Positions 1 through 8,702 of a DNA stretch of 56,378 bases are shown piece by piece. Made by a program: the position numbers and the translations under genes. The notes below the pieces were generated by a model that saw nothing but the letters and a program-made list of their open reading frames with translations, made no database searches and was not told the origin of the DNA. The DNA comes from Flavobacterium sp. (GTDB lineage Bacteria; Bacteroidota; Bacteroidia; Flavobacteriales; Flavobacteriaceae). How positions within the stretch are numbered: position 1 is the first letter of the stretch; every line of letters starts with the position of its first letter. The DNA is taken from assembly GCF_029242675.1 (NCBI RefSeq), contig NZ_JAQWTM010000131.1, forward strand, positions 1-56,378, in the 5' to 3' direction.

Positions 1-41
1 TCTCCTTTTAATGCTCTTAAAAATAAGTCGTTTTTTATCAT
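1..41 (-). CDS. hemE: Uroporphyrinogen decarboxylase, N-terminal fragment (runs off the window start)
   Basis: Reverse complement of 1-41 reads MIKNDLFLRALKG(E), the typical HemE N-terminus. It lies directly downstream of hemD. Not in the ORF track because it is truncated. Confidence 0.85.
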   Translation of the reverse strand, partial: MIKNDLFLRALKG

Positions 42-47
42 TTTCTT

Positions 48-89
48 GCTATTGGCTAGTCGCTTTTGGCTATTAGCTTATGGTTTATC
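48..89. repeat. Six degenerate tandem heptamers
   Basis: gctattg gctagtc gcttttg gctatta gcttatg gtttatc in the hemD-hemE spacer. Confidence 0.7.
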
Positions 90-103
90 TTGTTTTGTTT
101 GTT

Positions 104-796
104 CTAATTACCTTCTTCAGGCATTGGCGTGTAATGCTGAATTACCTCTATAATTACTTCTTCGATAGTAGGTATTTCAGGAATTACTATGTTTTTAATT
201 TTCTTTTCTTCTAAAGCCGCAGCGGTTGTGCTGCCGATACAGAAGCAGAACTCTTTTTTGATTTTGTTATTCGATAAATAACTCTCCACCGCCGAAGGGC
301 TGAAGAACATAATTCCGTCAAAATTCTCTTGATCTGAAATTTTAAAAGGAGCCAATTTTGTTTGGTACACCTCGATTTCGTTAAACGTAATACCCGCTTC
401 TTTTAAAGCTTGTGGCAACGTCTCTTTTCTCAGGTTTCCGCTAAAAAAAGTATAGCTTTCTTTGTTATAAATAAGAGTAATGATCTCCGCTAATTCGGAT
501 GCGTAGTCTAGGTAAACATCTACAGTAAAACCATTTGCTTCTAGTAATTCTTTGGTTTTGATGCCAACGCAAAAAACAGGCTTGGTTTTTAAAGCTTCCC
601 AACCGTTTTGTTCCATTAAGCTTAAAACCGCATTCTGACTACTGAAAATAAGATTATTATTGATTTTATCTAAATCAAAAAGGTTGTTTTTAATCTCGAT
701 AAAGTCTTGTTCTAACAAATCAAAGTCGGCATCGATAAATACTTGTCTTTGTTCTACAGAAAGTGTCTTAGTGGATAAAATACTTATTTGAGTCAT
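104..796 (-). CDS. hemD: Uroporphyrinogen-III synthase
   Basis: IFSSQNAV, FCVGIKT, EVYQT, FFSPSAV and CIGSTTA motifs. Start overlaps the hemC stop. Confidence 0.92.
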   Translation of the reverse strand: MTQISILSTKTLSVEQRQVFIDADFDLLEQDFIEIKNNLFDLDKINNNLIFSSQNAVLSLMEQNGWEALKTKPVFCVGIKTKELLEANGFTVDVYLDYASELAEIITLIYNKESYTFFSGNLRKETLPQALKEAGITFNEIEVYQTKLAPFKISDQENFDGIMFFSPSAVESYLSNNKIKKEFCFCIGSTTAAALEEKKIKNIVIPEIPTIEEVIIEVIQHYTPMPEEGN

Positions 797-1722
797 TATT
801 TTTTCAATTTGTTTTTGATTTCTGCCATCAGTTTTGTTCCTTCATTATTCAACACTTCTTGAGCCGAAAAGAACCCCAATTTCTTCCATTCTTCGATAGG
901 AACAATTTTGTCGACTTCAATTTTTTCTTTTCCGTCAAGCGAAAATAAAACCCCTTGAAAATGGATTGTATCTTCTTGTTCATCGTATTTAGCCAAAGCA
1001 CCAATTGGCGCCGTGCAACCACCTTCCAATGTTTTTAGAAATTGTCGTTCGATATAGGTACAAATTTCTGTTTCGATATCATTTAAATGCGACAGTGCAT
1101 CTTGTGTAAACGCATCCTCTTGCATTGCCAACACAAGCATAGCGCCTTGAGCTGGAGCAGGAATCATCCAATCTAAGTTAATGTAATTCTCGGGTTTCAA
1201 ATTGATTCTTTCCAGTCCTGCTGCTGCAAATACAGCTCCGTTCCAGTCACCTTCATTGAGCTTTTTCATGCGCAAATTTACATTTCCGCGTAGATCAACT
1301 ACATTGTGAGTAGGATATTTGTTCAACCATTGTGCTTGACGACGCAAACTTCCGGTTGCAATAGTTCCAGATGCATTTAGAAAATCCAGATTTCCTTTGT
1401 GTACTAAAATATCTACGGTATTGGCTCTTTCAAGAACGGCTGCTTGCACAATTCCTTTTGGTAACGCTGTTGGAACATCTTTCATTGAATGCACCGCGAT
1501 ATCCACATCACCGTTTATCATGGCAACATCTAGCGTTTTAGTAAAAATTCCTGTGATGCCTAATTCGTAAAGTGGCTTGTCTAAAATCACATCACCAGTT
1601 GATTTTACAGCAACAATCTTGGTTTTATAACCCAAATCGTTCAACTTTTTTTCGACGGTATGCGCTTGCCAAAGTGCTAATTCACTGTCTCTGGTACCAA
1701 TTCGTATTGTTTTTTCAGCCAT
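796..1722 (-). CDS. hemC: Hydroxymethylbilane synthase (porphobilinogen deaminase)
   Basis: IRIGTRDSELALWQA, AVHSMKDVP, TGSLRR, RGNV and the cofactor cysteine motif EGGCTAPIG. Confidence 0.98.
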   Translation of the reverse strand: MAEKTIRIGTRDSELALWQAHTVEKKLNDLGYKTKIVAVKSTGDVILDKPLYELGITGIFTKTLDVAMINGDVDIAVHSMKDVPTALPKGIVQAAVLERANTVDILVHKGNLDFLNASGTIATGSLRRQAQWLNKYPTHNVVDLRGNVNLRMKKLNEGDWNGAVFAAAGLERINLKPENYINLDWMIPAPAQGAMLVLAMQEDAFTQDALSHLNDIETEICTYIERQFLKTLEGGCTAPIGALAKYDEQEDTIHFQGVLFSLDGKEKIEVDKIVPIEEWKKLGFFSAQEVLNNEGTKLMAEIKNKLKK

Positions 1723-1830
1723 TTTTATTTTTTGATTTCAAAATAAGTTTTGAATTAAAACCATTAAGAAATTAAGATTCATTAAGTTGTATTCTCTTCA
1801 AATAACATCAAAATAAAGATTGTGTCAACC

Positions 1831-3087
1831 TTACTTCGCCGCCAGTCCTATTTTAAAAACCTTCTCAATCCATTCAATGCTTTCATCTACCATAGTGTCA
1901 TCATCTTTTAAATGGTTCGCAAATTGAGTAGTGATCTTTTGAATGATTCTAGCACTGATAATTTCGGCTTGTTCCTCGTTGAAATCAGCTATTTTTTTGC
2001 TTTGAAAGTTTAATTCTGATACTTTCATTGCATTCAGTTTTTCCTTTAAAGCGTGGATGGTAGGAGCAAATTTGCGTCCTTTTGTCCAAACATTAAATTC
2101 TTCTTTGATTTCTTCGATGATCGCTTCGGCAGCTGGAATATGATTTTTTCGGTTCTCTAAAGTTTCATCGGTTAATTGAGACAAGTAATCCATATGAATT
2201 AGAGTTACTCCTTCTAACTCTTCAACGTCAGCGTGTACATTTTTAGGAATTGACAAATCTAAAATCAGTAAGGGTTTCTTAAGATTCAATATTGCTTTGT
2301 CTACAGTAGGATTTTGAGCACCTGTAGCCACCACAACCACATCCGCTTTTTGTAATTCTAAATGCAGTTCAGAGTAGTCTTTTACAATCAGATTCAGTTT
2401 TCCAGCTAATTTCTCTGCCTTATCTTTAGTTCTATTGATAAGCGTAATATGCTCGTTCTTAGTGTGTTTTACTAAATTCTCACAAGTATTACGACCTATT
2501 TTACCAGTACCGAATAAAAGAATGTTTTTATTACCAACATCCTCAACGTTTTTCATGATGTATTGTACGGCTGCAAAAGAAACTGAAGTGGCGCCTGAGC
2601 TTATCTCCGTATCGTTCTTAATTTTTTTACTAGCTTGGATAACAGCATTTACTAATCGCTCCATGAAATTATTAGTTAATCCCATTGCTTTAGACTGCGT
2701 GAAACTAGAACGGATTTGAGAAATGATTTCAAAATCGCCCAAAATCTGACTGTCTAAACCCGTTCCTACTCTAAAAATATGTGTGATTGCTTCTTGATTT
2801 TTGTAAACAAAACCTACTTTTTGAAATTCTTCAACACTACCATTACTGTTCTCACAAATCAATTTGATCAATTGAAAAGGATGTTCAGCGAATCCATAAA
2901 TCTCCGTACGATTACAAGTAGATGTAACGATTAAACTCTCGATTCCCTCGGTTTTTGCTTGTTCCAGCAAACGTGTTTTTGCTAAAGTATCTAAGCTAAA
3001 CTTACCTCTCATTTCGGCATCTGCTTTTTTATAGCTGAGTCCTACTGAATAAAAATAGTGGTGTTTAGACTGGGTATTATTTTCCAT
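1831..3087 (-). CDS. hemA: Glutamyl-tRNA reductase
   Basis: STCNRTE catalytic motif, GLDSQILGD, GTGKIG, INRT and DLSIPKN. ATG at 3087 is preferred over TTG at 3102 because the promoter motif sits at 3113-3120. Confidence 0.96.
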   Translation of the reverse strand: MENNTQSKHHYFYSVGLSYKKADAEMRGKFSLDTLAKTRLLEQAKTEGIESLIVTSTCNRTEIYGFAEHPFQLIKLICENSNGSVEEFQKVGFVYKNQEAITHIFRVGTGLDSQILGDFEIISQIRSSFTQSKAMGLTNNFMERLVNAVIQASKKIKNDTEISSGATSVSFAAVQYIMKNVEDVGNKNILLFGTGKIGRNTCENLVKHTKNEHITLINRTKDKAEKLAGKLNLIVKDYSELHLELQKADVVVVATGAQNPTVDKAILNLKKPLLILDLSIPKNVHADVEELEGVTLIHMDYLSQLTDETLENRKNHIPAAEAIIEEIKEEFNVWTKGRKFAPTIHALKEKLNAMKVSELNFQSKKIADFNEEQAEIISARIIQKITTQFANHLKDDDTMVDESIEWIEKVFKIGLAAK

Positions 3088-3112
3088 AGTATTACTTTTC
3101 AAGAAAGTGGTA

Positions 3113-3120
3113 CAAAATTA
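3113..3120 (-). promoter_or_regulatory. Bacteroidota sigma-70 -7 element for the hemA operon
   Basis: TAATTTTG on the minus strand matches TAnnTTTG, about 25 nt upstream of the hemA ATG. Confidence 0.6.
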
Positions 3121-3214
3121 TTACTAACATACCTTTAAAAGTAACGCTAGAAGTACTATTTGTGTCGCTGGATGTTTTTTTGATTCTAAAAGATGAAAAA
3201 TAGCTAAAAAACGC

Positions 3215-3222
3215 TATTTTTG
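3215..3222 (+). promoter_or_regulatory. Bacteroidota -7 element upstream of the AraC gene
   Basis: TATTTTTG matches TAnnTTTG. Confidence 0.45.
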
Positions 3223-3251
3223 TGGAGCAAGCGAGGGATTTGTATTCCTTA

Positions 3252-3270
3252 AATTAGAAACGTTCTAAAT
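3252..3270. promoter_or_regulatory. Putative Fur box
   Basis: AATTAGAAACGTTCTAAAT has a TTAGAA-N3-TTCTAA dyad. It matches 15/19 positions of the flavobacterial Fur-box palindrome ATTTAGAATTATTCTAAAT (consensus recalled, not searched). Confidence 0.6.
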
Positions 3271-3315
3271 TAAAGAGAATATTTTTTAAACCTTTGCCAT
3301 TAAAAAAATATCGCT

Positions 3316-4188
3316 ATGAGTTCACAAGAAATTATAAAGATAGAAGACGATTTTACCTTAATTCGGTTTCAAAATGACAGCACAGAAAGCTTCAACGCGC
3401 AGCGAGAAGTGAGCAGTGGACTGATTCAGTTTCATTTTGGATTGAAAGGAAGTGCTAAATTCATCTTCAATCAAGGGAATTATGCCTTAGAACTTAAAGA
3501 GGAGAAATCATTATTATTGTACAATCCTCAAAAAGAACTTCCCTTAAATCTAGAACTTGCACCAAACTCCTGGGTGATTTCTGTTATCATCTCCATAAAA
3601 AAGTTCCACGCTTTATTTTCAACCGAGGCTGATTATATTACTTTTTTAAGTGGTGAAAACAAGGATAAAAAATATTATAACGAAGGAAACATAAGTCCAT
3701 CGATGGCTATTGTTTTGAGCCAATTGTTTCATTACAACTTACATCCTTCTATAAAAAACCTCTATTATAAAGGTAAAGGTTACGAATTACTAAGTTTGTA
3801 TTTTAACCGTACCGAAGATCCCAATGCAGAGCAATGTCCGTTCTTAATTGATGAGGATAACGTCATGAAAATCAGAAAAGCAAAGGAAATTATCATTGCC
3901 AACATGGCCGAACCACCCGGTTTACAAGAATTAGCAGACGAAATAGGATTGAATTTAAAGAAACTTAAAATGGGTTTCAAACAAATTTATGGAGATACCG
4001 TTTACGGATTTTTGTTTGATTACAAAATGGACTTTGCTCGAAAACTACTCGATAGCGGCTCTTATAATGTAAACGAAGTAGGTTTAAAAATAGGATACAG
4101 CACCGGAAGTCATTTTATAGCTGCGTTCAAAAAGAAATTTGCAACCACTCCTAAAAAATATTTGATGTCAATCAATCCTAATGCATAA
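3316..4188 (+). CDS. AraC-family transcriptional regulator
   Basis: C-terminal double HTH (LQELADEIGLN...NVNEVGLKIGYSTGSHFIAAFKKKFATTPKKY). Divergent from hemA. Confidence 0.95.
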   Translation: MSSQEIIKIEDDFTLIRFQNDSTESFNAQREVSSGLIQFHFGLKGSAKFIFNQGNYALELKEEKSLLLYNPQKELPLNLELAPNSWVISVIISIKKFHALFSTEADYITFLSGENKDKKYYNEGNISPSMAIVLSQLFHYNLHPSIKNLYYKGKGYELLSLYFNRTEDPNAEQCPFLIDEDNVMKIRKAKEIIIANMAEPPGLQELADEIGLNLKKLKMGFKQIYGDTVYGFLFDYKMDFARKLLDSGSYNVNEVGLKIGYSTGSHFIAAFKKKFATTPKKYLMSINPNA

Positions 4189-4288
4189 CAGTAATTGATT
4201 TTACATATTAAACAATAAATAAAAAATAGTTAATCGTACTTAAGAGAAAACCATCTTTAAGTACTTTTACAAAATAAAAAAAAGCAAG

Positions 4289-5320
4289 ATGAAAGGTGTA
4301 TTATTAGTTAATTTAGGTTCTCCTGAAAGTCCTACTCCCAAAGATGTAAAACCATATTTAGACGAATTTTTGATGGATAAATATGTAATTGACGTTCCGT
4401 TTTTATTACGAGCATTGCTTGTACGCGGAATCATTTTACAAACCAGACCTAAAAAATCAGCTGCTGCTTACGCAAAAATATGGTGGGACGAAGGTTCACC
4501 GCTTGTTGTTATTTCAAGAAGAATGCATGAGAAAGTACAAAAACTAGTGGATGTACCTGTTTCTTTAGCGATGCGTTACGGGAATCCATCTTTACTTTCT
4601 GGTTTGCAAGAACTACACGATAAAGGCGTGACCGAAGTAATGCTATTCCCTTTGTATCCGCAGCACGCGATGGCTTCAACCACGACAATTTTAGAATTGG
4701 CCGAGGAACACAGACAAAAGTATTTCCCTAACATGAAATTTACTATCGTCCCTGCTTTTTACAACAAACCTGATTATTTAAAAAACCTTTCCGACTCTAT
4801 AAAAGGTCATTTAGAAGGCTTTGATTACGACCACCTTTTGTTCTCGTACCACGGAATTCCGGAGCGACACATTCGTAAAACAGATATTACTAAATCACAT
4901 TGTAAAATTGATGGATCTTGTTGCAATACACCCTCACCAGCACATGAATTTTGCTATCGTCACCAATGTTACGAGACCACGAAACAAGTAGTGAAATTAT
5001 TGGGTATTCCAGAAGGGAAATACAGCCAAACATTCCAATCGCGTTTAGCGGGTGATAAATGGTTAACTCCTTACACCGATGTTGAAGTTAATAATATGCC
5101 TGAAAAAGGTATTAAAAAATTAGCCGTTGTAACTCCGGCCTTCGTTTCTGACTGCTTAGAAACCTTGGAAGAAATCGCAATGGAAGCCAATCACGAATTC
5201 AAAGAGCATGGCGGTGAAGAATTCATGGCTATCCCTTGCTTGAATGATGGTGACGAGTGGTGTCAAACAGTAAGTAATTGGGTTAACGAATGGGCAACGG
5301 TAGAAAAACCAGTAGTTTAA
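4289..5320 (+). CDS. hemH: Ferrochelatase
   Basis: GVLLVNLGSP, MRYGNP, LYPQ, FSYHGIP, FQSR, WLTPYT and FVSDCLETLEEI. Confidence 0.98.
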   Translation: MKGVLLVNLGSPESPTPKDVKPYLDEFLMDKYVIDVPFLLRALLVRGIILQTRPKKSAAAYAKIWWDEGSPLVVISRRMHEKVQKLVDVPVSLAMRYGNPSLLSGLQELHDKGVTEVMLFPLYPQHAMASTTTILELAEEHRQKYFPNMKFTIVPAFYNKPDYLKNLSDSIKGHLEGFDYDHLLFSYHGIPERHIRKTDITKSHCKIDGSCCNTPSPAHEFCYRHQCYETTKQVVKLLGIPEGKYSQTFQSRLAGDKWLTPYTDVEVNNMPEKGIKKLAVVTPAFVSDCLETLEEIAMEANHEFKEHGGEEFMAIPCLNDGDEWCQTVSNWVNEWATVEKPVV

Positions 5321-6676
5321 ATGGCGGTTTCTTCGGAAGAATTAGGAACACAAGACATTAAAAAGCTGTTGGTTAAGCAGGCGGTACCTGCATCGATTGG
5401 GATTTTATTTCTGTCGGTTAACATCTTAATCGACACCATCTTTGTGGGGCAATGGATTGGTTCGTTAGCCATTGCAGCTGTCACTGTTGTGTTACCTATA
5501 ACTTTCTTGATTTCATCGTTGGGTATGGCCATTGGCGTAGGCGGAGGATCTGTTTTATCCAGAGCTTTAGGAGCAAAAGACCATGGCAAAGCAAAGAGCA
5601 CTTTTGCGAATCAAATCATGATGACTTTTGCTTTGTCAACTGTTTTTTGCCTTCTAGGAATTTTTTTTAGCGAAGAAATGCTTCTGCTTTTTGGAGCCAA
5701 AGGAGCTATAATTCAGCCCGCAACCGAATTTTTTAAACCAATTATATTATCCGTTCCCTTTCTGGCTCTTTGCATGATGGGGAACAATATTATCCGAGCC
5801 GAAGGCAAACCTAAATTTGCGATGATTGCAATGATTGTCCCTGCTTTCTTCAACATTGCCTTAGATATTGTGTTTATTAAAGTTATGAATTTGGGTATGA
5901 CAGGTGCGGCTTATGCAACATCCATATCCTATTTCATGTGTTTTGTATTTGTACTGTGGTTTTTTCTTTTTAAAAGCGAAATAAAACTAAAAGCAGTTCA
6001 TTTTAAATTCAACTATGACATCTTAAAGGAAATTAGCACACTTAGTTTTGTTACTTTCTCGAGACAAGGCGTCATCGCGATCCTATCTATTATTTTAAAT
6101 CACACGCTGTACACTTATGGCGGTGAACATTCTATAACCGTTTATGGAATCATTAGCAGAATGTTAATGTTTGCGCTCTTCCCAATTCTAGGCATCACTC
6201 AAGGGTTCTTGCCCATTGCGGGTTATAATTACGGTGCCCGTAACTATGACAGAGTCAAAGAAAGTATTGGCATCTCAATAAAATATGCAGCACTGTTAGC
6301 TAGTATTATATTTATACTCATTTTACTTTTTGCTACACCGATAGTGACAATTTTCACTGATGATCAAACGGTTTTAGACGAAACTCCTAATGCACTGCGT
6401 TGGGTTTTTGCAGCCTCACCTATTATTGCAGTACAACTCATCGGGTCAGCCTATTTTCAAGCGGTAGGAAAGGCGAGAAAGGCACTTTTGCTTACTTTGA
6501 GCAAGCAAGGATTTTTCTTAATTCCGCTAGTGCTTATTTTACCTAATTTTTTTGGTATTTTTGGTGTGTGGGTTGCTTTTCCAATTTCTGATGTACTATC
6601 AACTTTACTTACTGCCTTTTTTCTGAAAAGGGAAATGAATACAACACTAATTCAATCTACTGATGGACTATTATAA
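5321..6676 (+). CDS. MATE-family efflux transporter (MepA-like)
   Basis: About 12 TM segments with DTIFVG, RAEGKPK, LDIVFI and GYNYGA motifs. Confidence 0.93.
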   Translation: MAVSSEELGTQDIKKLLVKQAVPASIGILFLSVNILIDTIFVGQWIGSLAIAAVTVVLPITFLISSLGMAIGVGGGSVLSRALGAKDHGKAKSTFANQIMMTFALSTVFCLLGIFFSEEMLLLFGAKGAIIQPATEFFKPIILSVPFLALCMMGNNIIRAEGKPKFAMIAMIVPAFFNIALDIVFIKVMNLGMTGAAYATSISYFMCFVFVLWFFLFKSEIKLKAVHFKFNYDILKEISTLSFVTFSRQGVIAILSIILNHTLYTYGGEHSITVYGIISRMLMFALFPILGITQGFLPIAGYNYGARNYDRVKESIGISIKYAALLASIIFILILLFATPIVTIFTDDQTVLDETPNALRWVFAASPIIAVQLIGSAYFQAVGKARKALLLTLSKQGFFLIPLVLILPNFFGIFGVWVAFPISDVLSTLLTAFFLKREMNTTLIQSTDGLL

Positions 6677-7217
6677 CTACCTCAAGTCACTACACCTCAT
6701 CTTCGTAATCACTTGGTTTGCAGGTTTATTTTACATTGTACGCCTTTTTGTTTACCAAATTGAAGCAGCGGACAAACCTTCACCAGAAAAAGAAATTTTG
6801 CAAAAGCAATACAAAATAATGACCTATCGCTTGTGGTACATCATTACTTGGCCATCAGCAGTTTTAGCTAGCTTTTTTGCTTTTTGGATGTTGTTCTTTA
6901 CTCCAATGGGACAAGCATGGCTACAAATGCCGTGGATGCATGTAAAACTTGGCTTTGTTTTTGTGCTGTACTTGTACCATGCTAAATGCCAACAAATTTT
7001 TAATCAATTACAACGGGATGAAGTAAAATACACCACGAACTACATGAGGCTGTGGAATGAAGGTGCTACATTGATTCTTTTTGCAGTGGTATTTTTAGTT
7101 ATTTTAAAAAATGCAGTAAATTGGATTTATGGAGTGGTGGGGATTTTTATGTTCTCCATAATAATTATGTTAGGATTTAAATTTTACAAACGAATAAGAG
7201 AGAAAAATCAATCTTAA
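6663..7217 (+). CDS. hemJ: Protoporphyrinogen oxidase HemJ
   Basis: KSLHLIFVITWFAGLFYIVRLFVY, WMHVKL and RLWNE motifs, in a heme cluster. Confidence 0.9.
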   Translation: MDYYNYLKSLHLIFVITWFAGLFYIVRLFVYQIEAADKPSPEKEILQKQYKIMTYRLWYIITWPSAVLASFFAFWMLFFTPMGQAWLQMPWMHVKLGFVFVLYLYHAKCQQIFNQLQRDEVKYTTNYMRLWNEGATLILFAVVFLVILKNAVNWIYGVVGIFMFSIIIMLGFKFYKRIREKNQS

Positions 7218-7220
7218 AAT

Positions 7221-8693
7221 ATGCTAAAAAACTTCAAATTATCAATGCTTTCGTTACGAGTTCGAATCTTCCTTTCGATGATCGTTTTGATAATTGTTGC
7301 ATCCATATTATTAGCTTCCATTTCGATTATCCAATTTAAAAATGAAGCCAAAGAATACCATCAAGAACGTTTAGAGCGTAAAGAAAATGCGGTTAAAGAA
7401 CACATTAACTATGTCCTTTCGACTACAACTTACCCTTTGACAACCGAGAATTTAGACCTGATTTTTAAGGATAAAATTCATGAATTGGCTCAAATTCACA
7501 ACATCGAAATCAACATATACGATCTGGATGGTAAACTTTTAAAATCATCAAAGGAATCCTTTTCCGTCGATAAAGTTTCGCCTCCAATTCCAAAATATAT
7601 ATTGAAGCTCGTACGCTCCTCCATCGAAAAGCGCTACGTTGACATCAAAACAATAGATGGGGTCAAAAATAGATCTTCCTTTACCCAAATCAAAGATGAT
7701 CGCTTCAAACCATTAGGTGTTTTAAATTTACCCTATTTAGAAGATGATGGCTTTTATCAGAAGGAATTGAGTAGTTTCCTGATCAGGCTAGGGCAAGTAT
7801 ATTCGTTTATGCTTTTGGTGGCATTTGCCTTGGCTTATTTCCTATCCTCTTATATTACTAAGTCCCTAAAAACGATCTCTGACAAACTGAATGAGACGAG
7901 TTTGAATCAGAAGAACGAAAAAATACATTTAGAGGCCAACAGTAAAGAAATTAATTTACTGATAAAAGCCTACAATCAAATGGTTGACGAACTAGAGAAA
8001 AGTGCCTTAAAACTGGCTCAAAGCGAACGAGAAGAAGCTTGGCGCGAAATGGCAAAGCAAGTCGCTCACGAAATTAAAAATCCGTTGACGCCTATGCGAT
8101 TAACGGTTCAAAGTTTTCAAAGAAGGTTTAGTCCTGATGATCCTAACGTTAATCAAAAAATGAAGGATTACTCAGAAACTTTGATTCAGCAAATAGATAC
8201 GATGAGCGCAGTTGCCTCGGCATTTTCAAATTTTGCATCCATGCCAGCCCAACAAAACGAAACTTTAAATGTGGTAGAAGTAGTTGAGTTAGCTTTAGAT
8301 ATCTTCAACGAAAATAATATCATCTTTGAACCCGAATATCCTGAAATTATCTCTAAAATAGACCGAACGCAATTGGTTCGCATCATCACCAATTTAGTTA
8401 AAAATGCTATTCAATCCATTCCAGAATTGCAAGAGCACAAGCAAATAAAAGTAGTGGTGAAAAAGGTTTTGAACAACGTTTTAATTACTGTAGAGGATAA
8501 TGGCGTTGGAATTAATCCAATTGATATCAATAGAATATTTCAACCCAAATTTACCACTAAAAACAGTGGAATGGGCCTTGGACTGGGTATTATTAAAAAC
8601 ATTATTGAAAATTACAAAGGAACAATTACCTTTGAAACAGAATACGGAAAAGGAACTCGTTTTATCGTTTCGCTTCCAATAATTAACTCTTAA
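7221..8693 (+). CDS. Membrane sensor histidine kinase (NtrY-like, HAMP-HisKA-HATPase)
   Basis: Two TMs, H-box AWREMAKQVAHEIKNPLTP, N-box NLVKNA, DNGVG, FTTK and GMGLGL. Confidence 0.95.
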   Translation: MLKNFKLSMLSLRVRIFLSMIVLIIVASILLASISIIQFKNEAKEYHQERLERKENAVKEHINYVLSTTTYPLTTENLDLIFKDKIHELAQIHNIEINIYDLDGKLLKSSKESFSVDKVSPPIPKYILKLVRSSIEKRYVDIKTIDGVKNRSSFTQIKDDRFKPLGVLNLPYLEDDGFYQKELSSFLIRLGQVYSFMLLVAFALAYFLSSYITKSLKTISDKLNETSLNQKNEKIHLEANSKEINLLIKAYNQMVDELEKSALKLAQSEREEAWREMAKQVAHEIKNPLTPMRLTVQSFQRRFSPDDPNVNQKMKDYSETLIQQIDTMSAVASAFSNFASMPAQQNETLNVVEVVELALDIFNENNIIFEPEYPEIISKIDRTQLVRIITNLVKNAIQSIPELQEHKQIKVVVKKVLNNVLITVEDNGVGINPIDINRIFQPKFTTKNSGMGLGLGIIKNIIENYKGTITFETEYGKGTRFIVSLPIINS

Positions 8694-8702
8694 ACAAGTA
8701 TT

